A DNA stretch of 35,422 bases from an uncultured Candidatus Peribacteria bacterium (GTDB lineage Bacteria; Patescibacteriota; Gracilibacteria; BD1-5; JAGOOR01), in NCBI GenBank assembly GCA_964456455.1, contig CAYVZT010000002.1, positions 1 to 35,422 on the forward strand. Direction: 5' to 3'. Of this stretch, positions 18,861-28,580 are shown piece by piece. A program made the translations under genes and the position numbers. Below the pieces are notes generated by a model. It was not told where the DNA came from, ran no database searches, and saw only the letters and a program-made list of their open reading frames with translations. Position 1 is the stretch's first letter; each line of letters starts with the position of its first letter.

Positions 18861-21521
18861 ATGGAATTTCCAAAGGTCTACACCCCCTCTGAATTTGAAT
18901 CCTCTCTTGCCAAAATGTGGGAAGAAAAAGGCCTCTACGCACCACAAAAATCTCGCACAGGGAAAACATTTTATATCCCTCTTCCTCCGCCAAATGTCAC
19001 GGGCGTACTCCATACTGGACACGCTCTCATGCTCGCTCTCCAGGATGTCATGACACGATATCACCGTATGAAGGGCGATGAAACACTCTGGGTGCCTGGG
19101 ACAGATCATGCAGGCATCGCCACACAAAATGTCGTTGCAAAAGCTTTGTCAAAAGATGGCATACGTCGTGAAGAACTCGGGCGCGAAAAATTCGTCGAAA
19201 AAATCTGGGAATGGAAAGAAACTTCTGACAAAACTATCACCGATCAGATGCGCATGATGGGAGCAAGTGTTTCGTGGGATCATGAGCGTTTTACTCTCGA
19301 TGAAGCAAATAATAAGCTCGTCACCGATACATTTATAAAGCTCTACAATGATGGAATCATCTACCGTGGAGAATACATGGTCAACTACTGTCCGAAAGAT
19401 AAAACCGTTATCTCAAAATCAGAAATCGAATACCGAGAAGAGGCAGGATTTTTGTATGAAATCGCATACTTTGTCTCTGGAGCTGACAAAGAACTCATCG
19501 TCGCGACTACTCGTCCTGAGACACTCCTCGCCGATCAGGCTATCGCTGTTCATCCAAAGGATAAACGCTACAAAAAACTCATCGGTAAAACGGCTATCCT
19601 CCCCATCGCAAACAGAAAAATCCCCATCATCGCTGACGAGATGGTCGATATGGATTTTGGTACTGGTGCGGTAAAGATCACTCCTGCACACGACCCAAAC
19701 GATTTTGAAACAGGCAAACGACACAATCTCCCCCTCGATTATCGTGTCCTCGATAACAATGGTGTGATGATGAAGCACACAGGTGACTTCGCAGGAAAAA
19801 AAGAGATGGAAGCACGTGAGATGATGATCGAGATGCTTCGTGCACGAGGCAATCTCATGAAGGTCACTCCTCACACATCTCAGGTTGGATACTCTGAGCG
19901 TGGTGGTGTCCGTGTACAGACTATCGTCTCGACACAGTGGTTCGTCGATAGCAAAAAACTCGCAGAAAAAGTCATGGCTGGTTGGGCAAAAAAAGAATTC
20001 GAGATTATCCCCTCTCGCTATGGTGAGATATTTGAAACCCTCATGAGCAATCTCCACGAATGGTGTATCAGTCGTCAGCTCTGGTGGGGTCATCAGATAC
20101 CAGCCTACTATGACAAAGAAGGGAATCTCCTCGGTGTCACAGATGATCCGAGCAAACTCATAAAAAAATATGGTGCAGAAAATGTCGTCCGCGATGAAGA
20201 TGTCCTCGATACTTGGTTCTCTTCCGCTCTCTGGCCTTTCTCTGTCCTCGACTGGACTTTTGACGAACCTGGGAAACTGTTTAAGAAATTTTATCCAGCA
20301 CAAGTCCTCGAAACTGGTCATGATATCCTCCTTTTTTGGGTCGTGAGGATGCTCCTCTTTGGGTATGGTCTCACAGGTCAGACACCATTTAAGACGGTGT
20401 ATCTCCATGGTCTCGTGACCGATGATCAGGGTAGGAAATTCTCCAAATCTCTCGGAAATGGTATCGATCCGATAGAAGTCATCAAACAGTATTCTGCCGA
20501 TGCGCTTCGATTGTCTCTCATCGTCGGAAATACTCCTGGGAATCCATTTCGATTTTCTCTCGACCTCGTAAAAAATAATCAGACATTTCTGAATAAGCTC
20601 TGGAATGTAGCACGATTTGTCTGGATGAATGTCGGAGGAGAAAAGAAAATCGAAGTCGATACTGATGTCTCAAAGCTCGAAAAAACACTCACGAAAAACT
20701 GGAGCAAACTCCTCGACTACGAGCGATGGATACTCACGAGACTCAAGAGAACAAATCTCGATGTGACTCGCGGTATGGAAGAATATGATTTCTCTATGAT
20801 GGGAGAAAAACTCATGTCATTTACTCGTGATGAATTCGCGGATTATGCTATCGAGTGTTTCAAGCTCTCAAAAGACGAATCAAAATATGGAAAAGAAGTC
20901 ATGATGTATACCCTCCTGACACTGCTCAAGCTCTGGCATCCCTATATCCCATTTGTCACCGAGGCACTCTCAGGCATCCTCGTACCAAAAAAGACGATTA
21001 TCGATGCCGAGTGGCCAGAGTGTCCGTTTGAGATCGATACAGAAAGTGAAGAACTGATCAAATCGGTCTTCGAAGTCGTGAAAACTATCCGCACTATCCG
21101 TGGAGATCGAAAGATTAAGCCAGGAGAAGCAGTCGGCGTCGTCATCTATGCGAATCCTCGTGATCGTGCTGTCCTCGAGCGAAATATCGCCCTCATCGCT
21201 GGTCTCGGAAAAGCGAGTGAAGTCGAGTTTACCCTCACAAAAGACGGTCTTTCTCGAGAAAAATACACCTATGGTATGGCTGGAGAAATCGAGGTCTTCG
21301 TCGATACGAGTGCTTGTAGCCATGACGATGATATCGAGCGTCTCGAAAAACTCATCGCAGAAAAAGAGGACTATGTACGAACTCTCGAAATAAAACTCAT
21401 GGATCCTACTTTCGTGAATAAAGCACCAGAAAATGTCATCCGTCTCACGCAAGAAAAGAAAGAAGTGACACTCCGACAAATCGAGAAGGCACGGGAGGAA
21501 TTAAAGCAGTATAAGGGATAG
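18861..21521 (+). CDS. valS: Valine--tRNA ligase
   Basis: 886-aa uninterrupted ORF. HIGH region PNVTGVLHTGHAL, KMSKS region KFSKSLGN, C-terminal coiled coil. No in-frame TGA. Confidence 0.97.
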   Translation: MEFPKVYTPSEFESSLAKMWEEKGLYAPQKSRTGKTFYIPLPPPNVTGVLHTGHALMLALQDVMTRYHRMKGDETLWVPGTDHAGIATQNVVAKALSKDGIRREELGREKFVEKIWEWKETSDKTITDQMRMMGASVSWDHERFTLDEANNKLVTDTFIKLYNDGIIYRGEYMVNYCPKDKTVISKSEIEYREEAGFLYEIAYFVSGADKELIVATTRPETLLADQAIAVHPKDKRYKKLIGKTAILPIANRKIPIIADEMVDMDFGTGAVKITPAHDPNDFETGKRHNLPLDYRVLDNNGVMMKHTGDFAGKKEMEAREMMIEMLRARGNLMKVTPHTSQVGYSERGGVRVQTIVSTQWFVDSKKLAEKVMAGWAKKEFEIIPSRYGEIFETLMSNLHEWCISRQLWWGHQIPAYYDKEGNLLGVTDDPSKLIKKYGAENVVRDEDVLDTWFSSALWPFSVLDWTFDEPGKLFKKFYPAQVLETGHDILLFWVVRMLLFGYGLTGQTPFKTVYLHGLVTDDQGRKFSKSLGNGIDPIEVIKQYSADALRLSLIVGNTPGNPFRFSLDLVKNNQTFLNKLWNVARFVWMNVGGEKKIEVDTDVSKLEKTLTKNWSKLLDYERWILTRLKRTNLDVTRGMEEYDFSMMGEKLMSFTRDEFADYAIECFKLSKDESKYGKEVMMYTLLTLLKLWHPYIPFVTEALSGILVPKKTIIDAEWPECPFEIDTESEELIKSVFEVVKTIRTIRGDRKIKPGEAVGVVIYANPRDRAVLERNIALIAGLGKASEVEFTLTKDGLSREKYTYGMAGEIEVFVDTSACSHDDDIERLEKLIAEKEDYVRTLEIKLMDPTFVNKAPENVIRLTQEKKEVTLRQIEKAREELKQYKG

Positions 21522-21562
21522 AACACAATACAAAATATGATTAGATACAAATTGGGCTAAAA

Positions 21563-22324
21563 TTAATTCTTTCGAAGAGCTTCTTGGATGGCAATGCCAG
21601 CCCTAATACCTTCCTTTTGAAAGGAATATCAAAGAACCCTATTTATATGCTGATAATGTCGGATATACGTAACCAAAATTCCTGATACCCAAAAATCTTC
21701 TGGATTAGCCATTTTATGTAAAGATGACATAATACGTTGTAAATACTCATTTTCTCAAGAAAGCGCATACAAATTAATAAGACTATATAAGTTCAACCGT
21801 TCTATTTTGTCTTTACTCAATTGACTTATAAAAATTTTTGAGATATCACTGATAATTTCACAAATAACCCAAAGGCATAAGTCTAAATCTTTACGCACAT
21901 CTCCTCTCTTTTTAATTCACAATTTTCTAAAATATGCATGAGCATCCATACAATAATTAAACAAACGATCCGTAAAATCACAATATCACTCATCATCGCA
22001 TAATATATCTGGTAATCTTTTTAGCAAATGAAGACTTGCGCAAAGCCTTTCCTCAATATTTCTAGGCAAAATATCATGAAGTTTTTCTGGAGGTATTTCC
22101 TGATTGTCATCAAGGTATTTTCCATAGGAATTCATTGTAAATCTCTCATCTCATCCAAAACAAAAAATATAGTACAACTGTCAATCATTCATGTCTGTCA
22201 TTGATTCGAAATTTAGTATGCCCTCTGTTCTTGAACGAGTACGTATGACGATTGATGATGTAGACAATCTTTCTATATCATCTTTCAAACTTTCAATCAG
22301 ACTATCTAATCATTTTAGTGACAT
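21563..22324 (-). CDS. Hypothetical protein (253 aa, mostly helical, Cys-rich), TGA-rich orphan
   Basis: Frame open only under table 25 (7 TGAs; checked line by line). ATG 22324, TAA 21563-21565. Very AT-rich upstream region. Missing from the standard-code track. No family recognised. Confidence 0.6.
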
Positions 22325-22461
22325 ATGTATTAATTTATTTTAATATATTTATAATACATATAATTTTATATATTAAAAATGAATTAAATTAATAATTACA
22401 CGTACATTTTTAATCATTTCCATAATACCAAGCTGGAAAGCGAGTTTTTGTCCCGTCCAGA

Positions 22462-22518
22462 ATGAGGTTCACTCACTCTTTCTTGCTATTGATACTTTTG
22501 GCAATAAAAGTACAATAA
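22462..22518 (+). CDS. 18-aa hydrophobic mini-ORF (MRFTHSFLLLILLAIKVQ), fourth member of the Leu-rich peptide family seen at 27.96-29.0 kb
   Basis: ATG..TAA ORF ending 24 nt upstream of the VOC gene. Same length as the mini-ORF at 28944..29000 and identical at 9 of 18 positions in an ungapped alignment. Confidence 0.3.
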   Translation: MRFTHSFLLLILLAIKVQ

Positions 22519-22542
22519 AATCATATTTTTAACAACAATCAC

Positions 22543-22929
22543 ATGTCCCAAACTCTTACCTTTTGTATCAATCTCCCTGAAGCACACAAAGCAATCGAAT
22601 GGTATAAAAATGTCTTTGGTGCTGTCGTCGAGATGCAACACGACGATGAAGCAAGCGGCAAACTCTATCATGCCAATCTCCGATTCGGTGAGACACTGAT
22701 ATTCTGCTGTGAAGAACTCTGTATTCCTGGAGTGAATAGTCCACGAACACTCGGTGGAGCACACATGTCTATCAGTATCGAGGTAGCAAACCCTGACGAA
22801 ATCTTCGCGAAAGCTCTCGAAGCTGGCGCAGAAGAAGTCTCTCCTGTCGCTGATCAGACATGGGGCATGCGTTCTGGCACCGTTCGTGACCCGTTTGGTT
22901 ACAAATGGAGCATTTTTAAGCCTCTGTAG
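22543..22929 (+). CDS. VOC (glyoxalase/bleomycin-resistance/PhnB-like) family protein
   Basis: 128 aa. PhnB-like pattern AIEWYKNVFGA...HANLRFGETLIF...VRDPFGYKWSI. Confidence 0.85.
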   Translation: MSQTLTFCINLPEAHKAIEWYKNVFGAVVEMQHDDEASGKLYHANLRFGETLIFCCEELCIPGVNSPRTLGGAHMSISIEVANPDEIFAKALEAGAEEVSPVADQTWGMRSGTVRDPFGYKWSIFKPL

Positions 22930-23782
22930 ATTTATTCTTGATGAGGCTCCATCTCTTTCTGACAGAACGAGATATATTTTTTTGTGGCCGGAATATGAGA
23001 ATGCGGAGAGTCATAGAAACCATCTGAGACAATTTCAATCATATTGTTTTTAGCTTTCATTGTGCCATGACGGTCGTTTCTCGGAAATCTATCCATGGAG
23101 AAGCTCATATACCATGCCTATCATCCCAAGCAAATCACTTCCATGTATGAGGCTTGAGACCTTTCCCAGCATAATGTAATATTTTTGGTGTTTGTCCTGG
23201 CTTTCTGCGCATGACATTGAGAGCTGGTGGTAATCTATAAAAGTTCTTTTTTATAACTGCCCTGAGAGCATCTTGATCACATAATCGAATATCTTCTCGG
23301 TGATTTCTGACCCAATCAAGGGCTTGCTGAAAAAGCCCGCTCTGTCGAATTTTGTCCAAGTCAATAATCATAATACCTGCATTGAGATGTTCTCCTCCTG
23401 TACCTGGTGCAGCCGCGATATCTTGGTCAAATTCTTGTACAGCATCCTCAGTAATATCTTCTAGCACGAGCACATCTGTATCGAGATACATAATTCTCTC
23501 TACTTCAGGGAACAATTGTGGGAAAAATAATCGTACATATGTTGCTCTTGTTAGATGAGCGGCTTCTGGCAGATCCGCGCACAATTCATGTGTATCAACA
23601 TGAGAAAATCCAAAAGTATGCGAACCTTTTTCATATTCCAGAATATCGTGCATGCGTTTTCGTACATCTTGTTGGATATTATCACACACAATATGCAGAT
23701 GTATAACCCGACTGACGGAGGTTCGAAAAAGAGAAATAGCTGCTATAAGCCCTATCTCTACGACGTTTTTATCAAATACCAT
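22916..23782 (-). CDS. Glycosyltransferase family 8 protein
   Basis: GT8 pattern: HLHIVCD, ATYVRLFFPQLFP, DxD in YLDTDVLVL, NAGIMIIDL, ILHYAGKGLKPH. Read-through of TGA 23135-23137 and three further TGAs extends the C-terminus to TAA 22916-22918. Confidence 0.8.
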
Positions 23783-23892
23783 TCAAAAATGTACTTTTTC
23801 TGAATTTGTGTTCATTTATAGCAATATATAAAATATTTAAAATATACAATTTTATCCTTGTTTTACGTCTCATTTTTGAGAAAATAGGATGT

Positions 23893-24603
23893 ATGATACC
23901 TATCATCTCCGAAATCCACTCCATGAGAAACCCTGAAAAAATAAAAATCTATCAGGGATTTTTCAAGACGAGCAAAGGAGAATATGGAGAAGGTGATGTA
24001 TTTCTCGGTCTCACAGTGCCTCAAACACGAGGACTCGTAAAAAAATATGCTCCTACAATGACGCTCGATGATGTCGATATACTCCTCGCAGATAAACATC
24101 ACGAAGTTCGTCTTGCTGGAGTCCTCATACTCGTCTATTTTGCACAGCAGAAAATATACCCACTAAAAGAATTAGCGCGATTTTATATGCAACACGTACC
24201 AGGTATCAATAACTGGGATCTGATTGATACTTCCAGTGAACACATTATCGGGCCTTATATCCAGCACGAACTCACCCACGAAGAGCGAGTTGATTTTATC
24301 ACGCAATGCATGGCAAGCTCCAACCTCTGGATCAATCGTATCATCGTCCTCGCATCCTTTCATCAGATCAAGCAAGGGAATGCGAAACTCACCATCTACA
24401 TCGCGGAAAGAATGCTCTCGCACAAGCACGACCTCATCCACAAAGCCATAGGCTGGATGCTTCGTGAAGTCGGTAAGCGTTGTTCTCTGGAAGAATTACG
24501 CGGTTTTCTCGACCAATATGCACGGGAAATGCCTCGTACTATGCTCCGTTATGCGATAGAAAAGATGAGTCCAGAGGAACGACAGAAATACATGAAAAAA
24601 TAA
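23893..24603 (+). CDS. DNA alkylation repair protein (AlkD/AlkC-like HEAT-repeat family)
   Basis: Family pattern FFKTSKGEYGEGDVFLGLTVPQTR, HHEVRLAGVLILV, NNWDLIDTS, NLWINRIIVLASF, IHKAIGWMLREVGKR. Likely start is ATG 23893. Confidence 0.85.
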   Translation: MIPIISEIHSMRNPEKIKIYQGFFKTSKGEYGEGDVFLGLTVPQTRGLVKKYAPTMTLDDVDILLADKHHEVRLAGVLILVYFAQQKIYPLKELARFYMQHVPGINNWDLIDTSSEHIIGPYIQHELTHEERVDFITQCMASSNLWINRIIVLASFHQIKQGNAKLTIYIAERMLSHKHDLIHKAIGWMLREVGKRCSLEELRGFLDQYAREMPRTMLRYAIEKMSPEERQKYMKK

Positions 24604-24628
24604 CACCTCCTCTGAGGTGTTATTTTTT
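24602..24628. terminator. Bidirectional intrinsic terminator between convergent genes
   Basis: Hairpin aacacctc/gaggtgtt with T6 downstream on the plus strand and an A-run upstream, which gives a T-run on the minus strand. Confidence 0.7.
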
Positions 24629-24645
24629 GAGATATGATGAAGATT

Positions 24646-24990
24646 TTAGGCTGGTACTTTATCTGTCACTTTTGAGAGACCAATCATATCAAATATATAC
24701 TGTGTTTTGGGATGGACACGCTTGAAGGATATGGTCTTCCCTGTTCGATGTGTACGAGCGATAAATTCTGTGAGATAGGCCAGTGTCGTCGAGTTGGTGT
24801 AGCTGAGTTTTGAGAAATCACAGTCAATATGCTTATAGTCGTGCTTTTTCTCTATAGTATGGGTGAGTTCTGCAAAAGCTTCGTCAGCATTGGTCTCATC
24901 GAGTTCACCGGCGATGATGAGCTCGAGCTTGTCGTGATATTGCTTTCGGACCTGAATTGTATATGGTGTATGAAAAGCATGTACTGACAT
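24646..24990 (-). CDS. STAS domain protein (anti-sigma-factor antagonist-like)
   Basis: 114 aa. SpoIIAA-like pattern LELIIAGELDETNADEAF...IDCDFSKLSYTNSTTLAYL...ISFKRVHPKTQYIFDMIGL. Confidence 0.8.
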   Translation of the reverse strand: MSVHAFHTPYTIQVRKQYHDKLELIIAGELDETNADEAFAELTHTIEKKHDYKHIDCDFSKLSYTNSTTLAYLTEFIARTHRTGKTISFKRVHPKTQYIFDMIGLSKVTDKVPA

Positions 24991-25047
24991 AAAGATGAAT
25001 CTAGGAAGTAAAACTTAACAAGCATATTATGAATTATATTTTACATT

Positions 25048-26058
25048 ATGTCAAGTTTTAATTTTAAGTATACTAAAATAGAGAGTATTGCTGATTTAGA
25101 AGGTATTTCAATGAACAAAGAAAGTTTCTGGCAATCCCCTCTCTGGGCTGAAATACTCATAAAAACAGGACAAGCAGAGGTTTTTCTCTGTGAAAATGGA
25201 GAAAATCGCGTATGTATCGAGCGAAGGGCTCTATGGAATGGGTATTCTGGTCTCTATATCCTCTGAGTAGAATCCTCTCTGATAACGAGAGAATTTGTGC
25301 TTTCTATCAAGCATATTACGGGCCCAAAGGACCTGTTTCTCCAGATAGAACCTCTGGAACACTGTGATAATCATGCCTTTCCTTTTGATCTTTTCCAGAA
25401 GAATCGTGCACCTTTTCGTCGTTTTATAGAACCTGTTACTGCTCTACTCAATCTGACTACTCCCGAAGAGGAACTAATGGCAAATTTTGCAGAAAAAGGA
25501 CGATACAATATCCGCCTCGCCACAAAGCGCTGAGTGACAACACGGTGGGTAAAATGATCAGATAGCTACGGTCAGAAGACCTATGCAGAGGCTTTTTTTG
25601 ATCTCTTGGATGAGACGACCAAGCGCGATGGTTTTGCTCATAATTCTCTTATCTATTACCAGCACTTCATACAGACACTTGAAGCACATCAAGCAGGATG
25701 ATTGCTCATAGCAGAAAAAGATGATGTACTGCATGCTGCAGGCATCTTTGCGTACTGGGGGGATGCGGGTATATATTATTATGGTGCATCTTCGAGCGAT
25801 ACCAATATCCGTCGTGATATGGCTACCTATCTCCTCCAGTGGGAGGCTATCCGCGAAGGAATAAGACGTAAGTGTACAATGTATGATTTTCTCGGTATAT
25901 CTGCGGATGGAAAAGGAAAACTCGCGGGTGTCACAGAATTTAAACTCCGATTCAATCCTGAGAAAAAATACTGGATGAGTGAACGAGTGATGATTTTGAA
26001 GCCTTTGACGCTCTTTTTACTTCAGTGCATGAGTCGCATCAGAAAATTGTTTCGCTAG
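25048..26058 (+). CDS. FemAB-family peptidoglycan interpeptide-bridge aminoacyltransferase
   Basis: Three same-frame fragments (25048.., 25297.., 25702..) join across 4 TGAs. Motifs FWQSPLWAE, KGRYNIRLATKR-G-V, IYYYGASS and YLLQWEAIREG..MYDFLGI. Confidence 0.85.
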
Positions 26059-26841
26059 ATGATACCTCTCGATGTCCTCGATGCGTTCTCCCTCCCGCAC
26101 AATGTTGTACCACTTCCTGGAGGTCAGGGAAATTCATGGAGGGCGGGAGATGCCGTCCTCAAGCCTCACGAATCTTCGTATGAGTGAATCTCTCATATGG
26201 TGAATCAACTGCATCCGCAAGAGTTTCGTATCTCGCATCATCATGCGACGAAAGATGGGCATTATACATACCGGGGCTGGTGATGTACGCATTTCGAGCC
26301 AGGAGAAGAGGTCACAGGAAGAATCTCGGAGAAATACCATATTGCCCGCGAACTTCATGACCTCTTTAGAAACATAGAAAAACCCGATGGGTGGCATCCG
26401 AGCGAATCTCCATGGTCACAAGCACACGAAATAGTCTGGTGAGAAAGAGAATTGCCAAAAAACATACATCCAGAAATATATGAAGTAATACAGGGCGTCA
26501 TAAAATTATTACAACCACTTTCTCTCCCAAACCAGATTATCCATGGTGATTTGTGTGGAAATATTCTCTTCCATGAGACACTTGCACCCGTGGTGATAGA
26601 TTTTTCTCTTGATTACCGTCCCCGAGAGTATGCTGAGGCAATACTCATCGCTGACTCTATTGCCTGGGAAAATGGAGGAAAAGAAGCATATTCCCTCCTC
26701 CCTCCAGATTCCAAGCAAGTACTTCTTCGTGCCTGCCTTTTTCGACTCCTCACAAAGGCACTTTTAAAACCTGAGGATTTGGAGAATTTTCGAGCACGAT
26801 GAAAAGGATATGTTGATATTATCCAACAGATAACAAACTAA
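26059..26841 (+). CDS. Phosphotransferase (APH/choline-kinase-like) family protein
   Basis: 260-codon frame with 4 TGAs. Brenner-type motif IIHGDLCGNILF followed by VVIDFS. The ATG abuts the Fem gene's TAG. Confidence 0.7.
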
Positions 26842-26850
26842 CCTGATTCC

Positions 26851-27513
26851 CTATTTCTTCCGTATTTCGAGTATCCATCGTTCTTGTTCTGCGAGATGAT
26901 ATGTGAGGGCTTTGGTGAGTATCATGCCTCGATTTTTAGCCAGTTGCTGTCCGTCAGCCCATTCTTCTTCTGAGGCTTGTTTATAGATCCACGCTCGACC
27001 ATCCGTTTTGAGCAGAGGTTTTATCCAGGTAAAGAGATCTTCGATATAGGCAGCTGCTCGTGTCACGACGAGATCATAGTGATCGCTCGTTGATGGAGTA
27101 CCATCGAGAAATACTATTCCATTTTTATTGTGTTTTCTCTCTTCTTTCATCGTGGCAGAAGTCATATCTTCGACTCTTCCCCACTGTGGTGTGACATTCG
27201 TGAGCCCGAGTGATGTTGCGAATTCTCTGACGCAGTCGACTTTTTTTCGGGTAGCATCGAGGAGAGTGAAGTGATGTTGTGGGAGCATCGTCGCTAGCGG
27301 TAATCATGGGAATCATCCACCAGTACCCAGATCGAGAATCTTTAATTTTCGATCACCGAACTGTTCAAAAAGCGGCAACGTCACAAGACTATCCTCAATA
27401 TGCTTCACCCAAACCCCCTCTTCATCACGAATAGCAGAGAGATTGATGTGAGTATTTTTTTCAAGGAAAATCGAGACGAGCTTCTGAAGTTGTGAGTTTT
27501 CTCGGTAGGACAT
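26851..27513 (-). CDS. rsmG: 16S rRNA (guanine527-N7)-methyltransferase
   Basis: Fragments 27313..27513 and 26851..27288 share a frame. The junction reads ILDLGTGG-G-FP-G-LPLA, with both inserted Gly residues encoded by TGA (27313-27315, 27304-27306). Confidence 0.9.
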
Positions 27514-27548
27514 AAAACCATATTAAACAAAATCATAAATACACAATT

Positions 27549-27944
27549 TTATTCAAAAATTACCCTGCCACATTCACGGTGAATTATTTTCCCTGCTTGC
27601 TTATCAAAATGCCACAAAGTATCTTCTTGCTTGTTTATCGATATATCTCTCGGGCGGCTACACTGACATGGCAGATAATGAATATGTGTCCCTATGGATC
27701 GTGAGCTGTGACCAGAGCGTACCATACGAATGCACTCTACGTGCACGAGATCCTTCTGTCTTTTTGATATTTCTACAGTATGTATACAAGAAAGTACGTT
27801 TCCCGATGCAGTGAATTTTTCGTGAAAAAATCAACATTTACCGCCTAAAACAGTACATGTTTTATCGGCAAAAGCATGACAACATTGTATGCTATCTGGA
27901 GGAGAATATTGGTAGGAGAATGGTGAACTGATAATTTCTGGCAT
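27549..27944 (-). CDS. Cys/His-rich small protein (131 aa), unknown function
   Basis: Extends track ORF 27549..27746 upstream across one TGA to ATG 27944. Contains 10 Cys and many His. The segment THIHYLPCQCSRPRD resembles the JAMM HxHx7Sx2D motif but does not match it. Confidence 0.55.
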
Positions 27945-27963
27945 ATATAAAAACGTAAAAAAT

Positions 27964-28081
27964 AAAAAACCTCTCCATTTCTGGAGAGGCAAAAAGAAAT
28001 AATAGACACTTCTTAACTGACTCTCCGATGAAAGGAAAGGAGAGTGAGAAGGAGTGAAGTATTATATATCATTTGAAGCAT
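27964..28081 (-). promoter_or_regulatory. Module copy 1: Leu-rich mini-ORF, four pairing segments and an intrinsic terminator
   Basis: On the minus strand, ATG 28081 to TAA 28015-28013 encodes MLQMIYNTSLLLTLLSFHRRVS. Segments: seg1 CTTTCC (28039-28034), seg2 GGAGAG (28026-28021), seg3 CCTCTCC (27989-27983), seg4 GGAGAGG (27976-27970), then T6. The module ends 20 nt before the ATG of the Cys/His-rich gene. Confidence 0.5.
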
Positions 28082-28087
28082 GGTTCT

Positions 28088-28372
28088 TTAAATAATGTTT
28101 CATGTAAGTCTCATAAATTGACCATCGATGAGCAATTCCGTTTCGGCAAATTCCGATGACGAAAGGATCTGAACTATTCAAAAATGGATTTTATGACGAA
28201 TGCTATCTGCTAATTTTATACATCGAGGAGCAAATCATGACTGATGTATGATGGCAAAAATCTGTCCTGGAAACTGATTTTGTAGAGAAAGAGCAAGTTC
28301 TCGAGCTGATATAGGTGCTGCTGGTATATATATCTGATCCTGATGTTCAGATGGAATAGAAAGTGATGACAT
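28088..28372 (-). CDS. Small hypothetical protein (94 aa)
   Basis: ATG 28372 to TAA 28088-28090, with 3 TGAs. Same orientation as the flanking terminators. The antisense frame is also open under table 25, so confidence is limited. Confidence 0.4.
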
Positions 28373-28465
28373 AAAAAAATAATAAAAAAATAAAATTTTA
28401 TAGAGATCGCACGAATACCAGCGGACGATAGAGCAGAAAAAAGAAAGTAAACATAAATGAAAAAT

Positions 28466-28578
28466 AAAAAACCTCTCCAGTGACGGAGAGGCGAAAAAGA
28501 AATACTAGATACTTCTTAACTGACTCTCCGATGAAAGGAAAGAAGAAGCACGACGAGAAGTGAGAAAACGAGAAACAT
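28466..28578 (-). promoter_or_regulatory. Module copy 2: Leu-rich mini-ORF, four pairing segments and an intrinsic terminator
   Basis: On the minus strand, ATG 28578 (2 nt after the upstream gene's TAA) to TAA 28518-28516 encodes MFLVFSLLVVLLLSFHRRVS. Segments: seg1 CTTTCC (28542-28537), seg2 GGAGAG (28529-28524), seg3 CCTCTCC (28491-28485), seg4 GGAGAGG (28478-28472), then a T-run. Confidence 0.5.
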
Positions 28579-28580
28579 AA

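Noticed and set aside
19419-20408. 329-aa minus-strand ORF, plus others at 20970..21479 and 18846..19127, inside valS.
   Set aside because: These are antisense shadow ORFs of a clearly genuine, full-length valS. The sequences are low-complexity, Asp/Glu/Phe-rich and unlike real proteins.
27549-27944. Calling the Cys/His-rich protein a JAMM/MPN metalloprotease.
   Set aside because: The motif is H-x-H-x6-S-x3-D rather than H-x-H-x7-S-x2-D, and the position of the upstream Glu is ambiguous. It is kept only as a hypothesis to test.
28040-28062. The CUCCUU-containing pyrimidine tract of the modules acting as an anti-Shine-Dalgarno mimic or sRNA seed.
   Set aside because: Genes in this window show no SD sequences for such a tract to pair with. 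The tract is better explained as Ser/Leu codons of the mini-ORF, given the codon-sized indel between copies.
28095-28383. A plus-strand ORF that is also open under table 25, opposite the 94-aa minus-strand ORF.
   Set aside because: It needs 8 TGAs in about 96 codons, which gives a Gly-rich and unconvincing sequence. It also runs against the orientation of the flanking terminators and genes. The minus strand is preferred, but only at moderate confidence.
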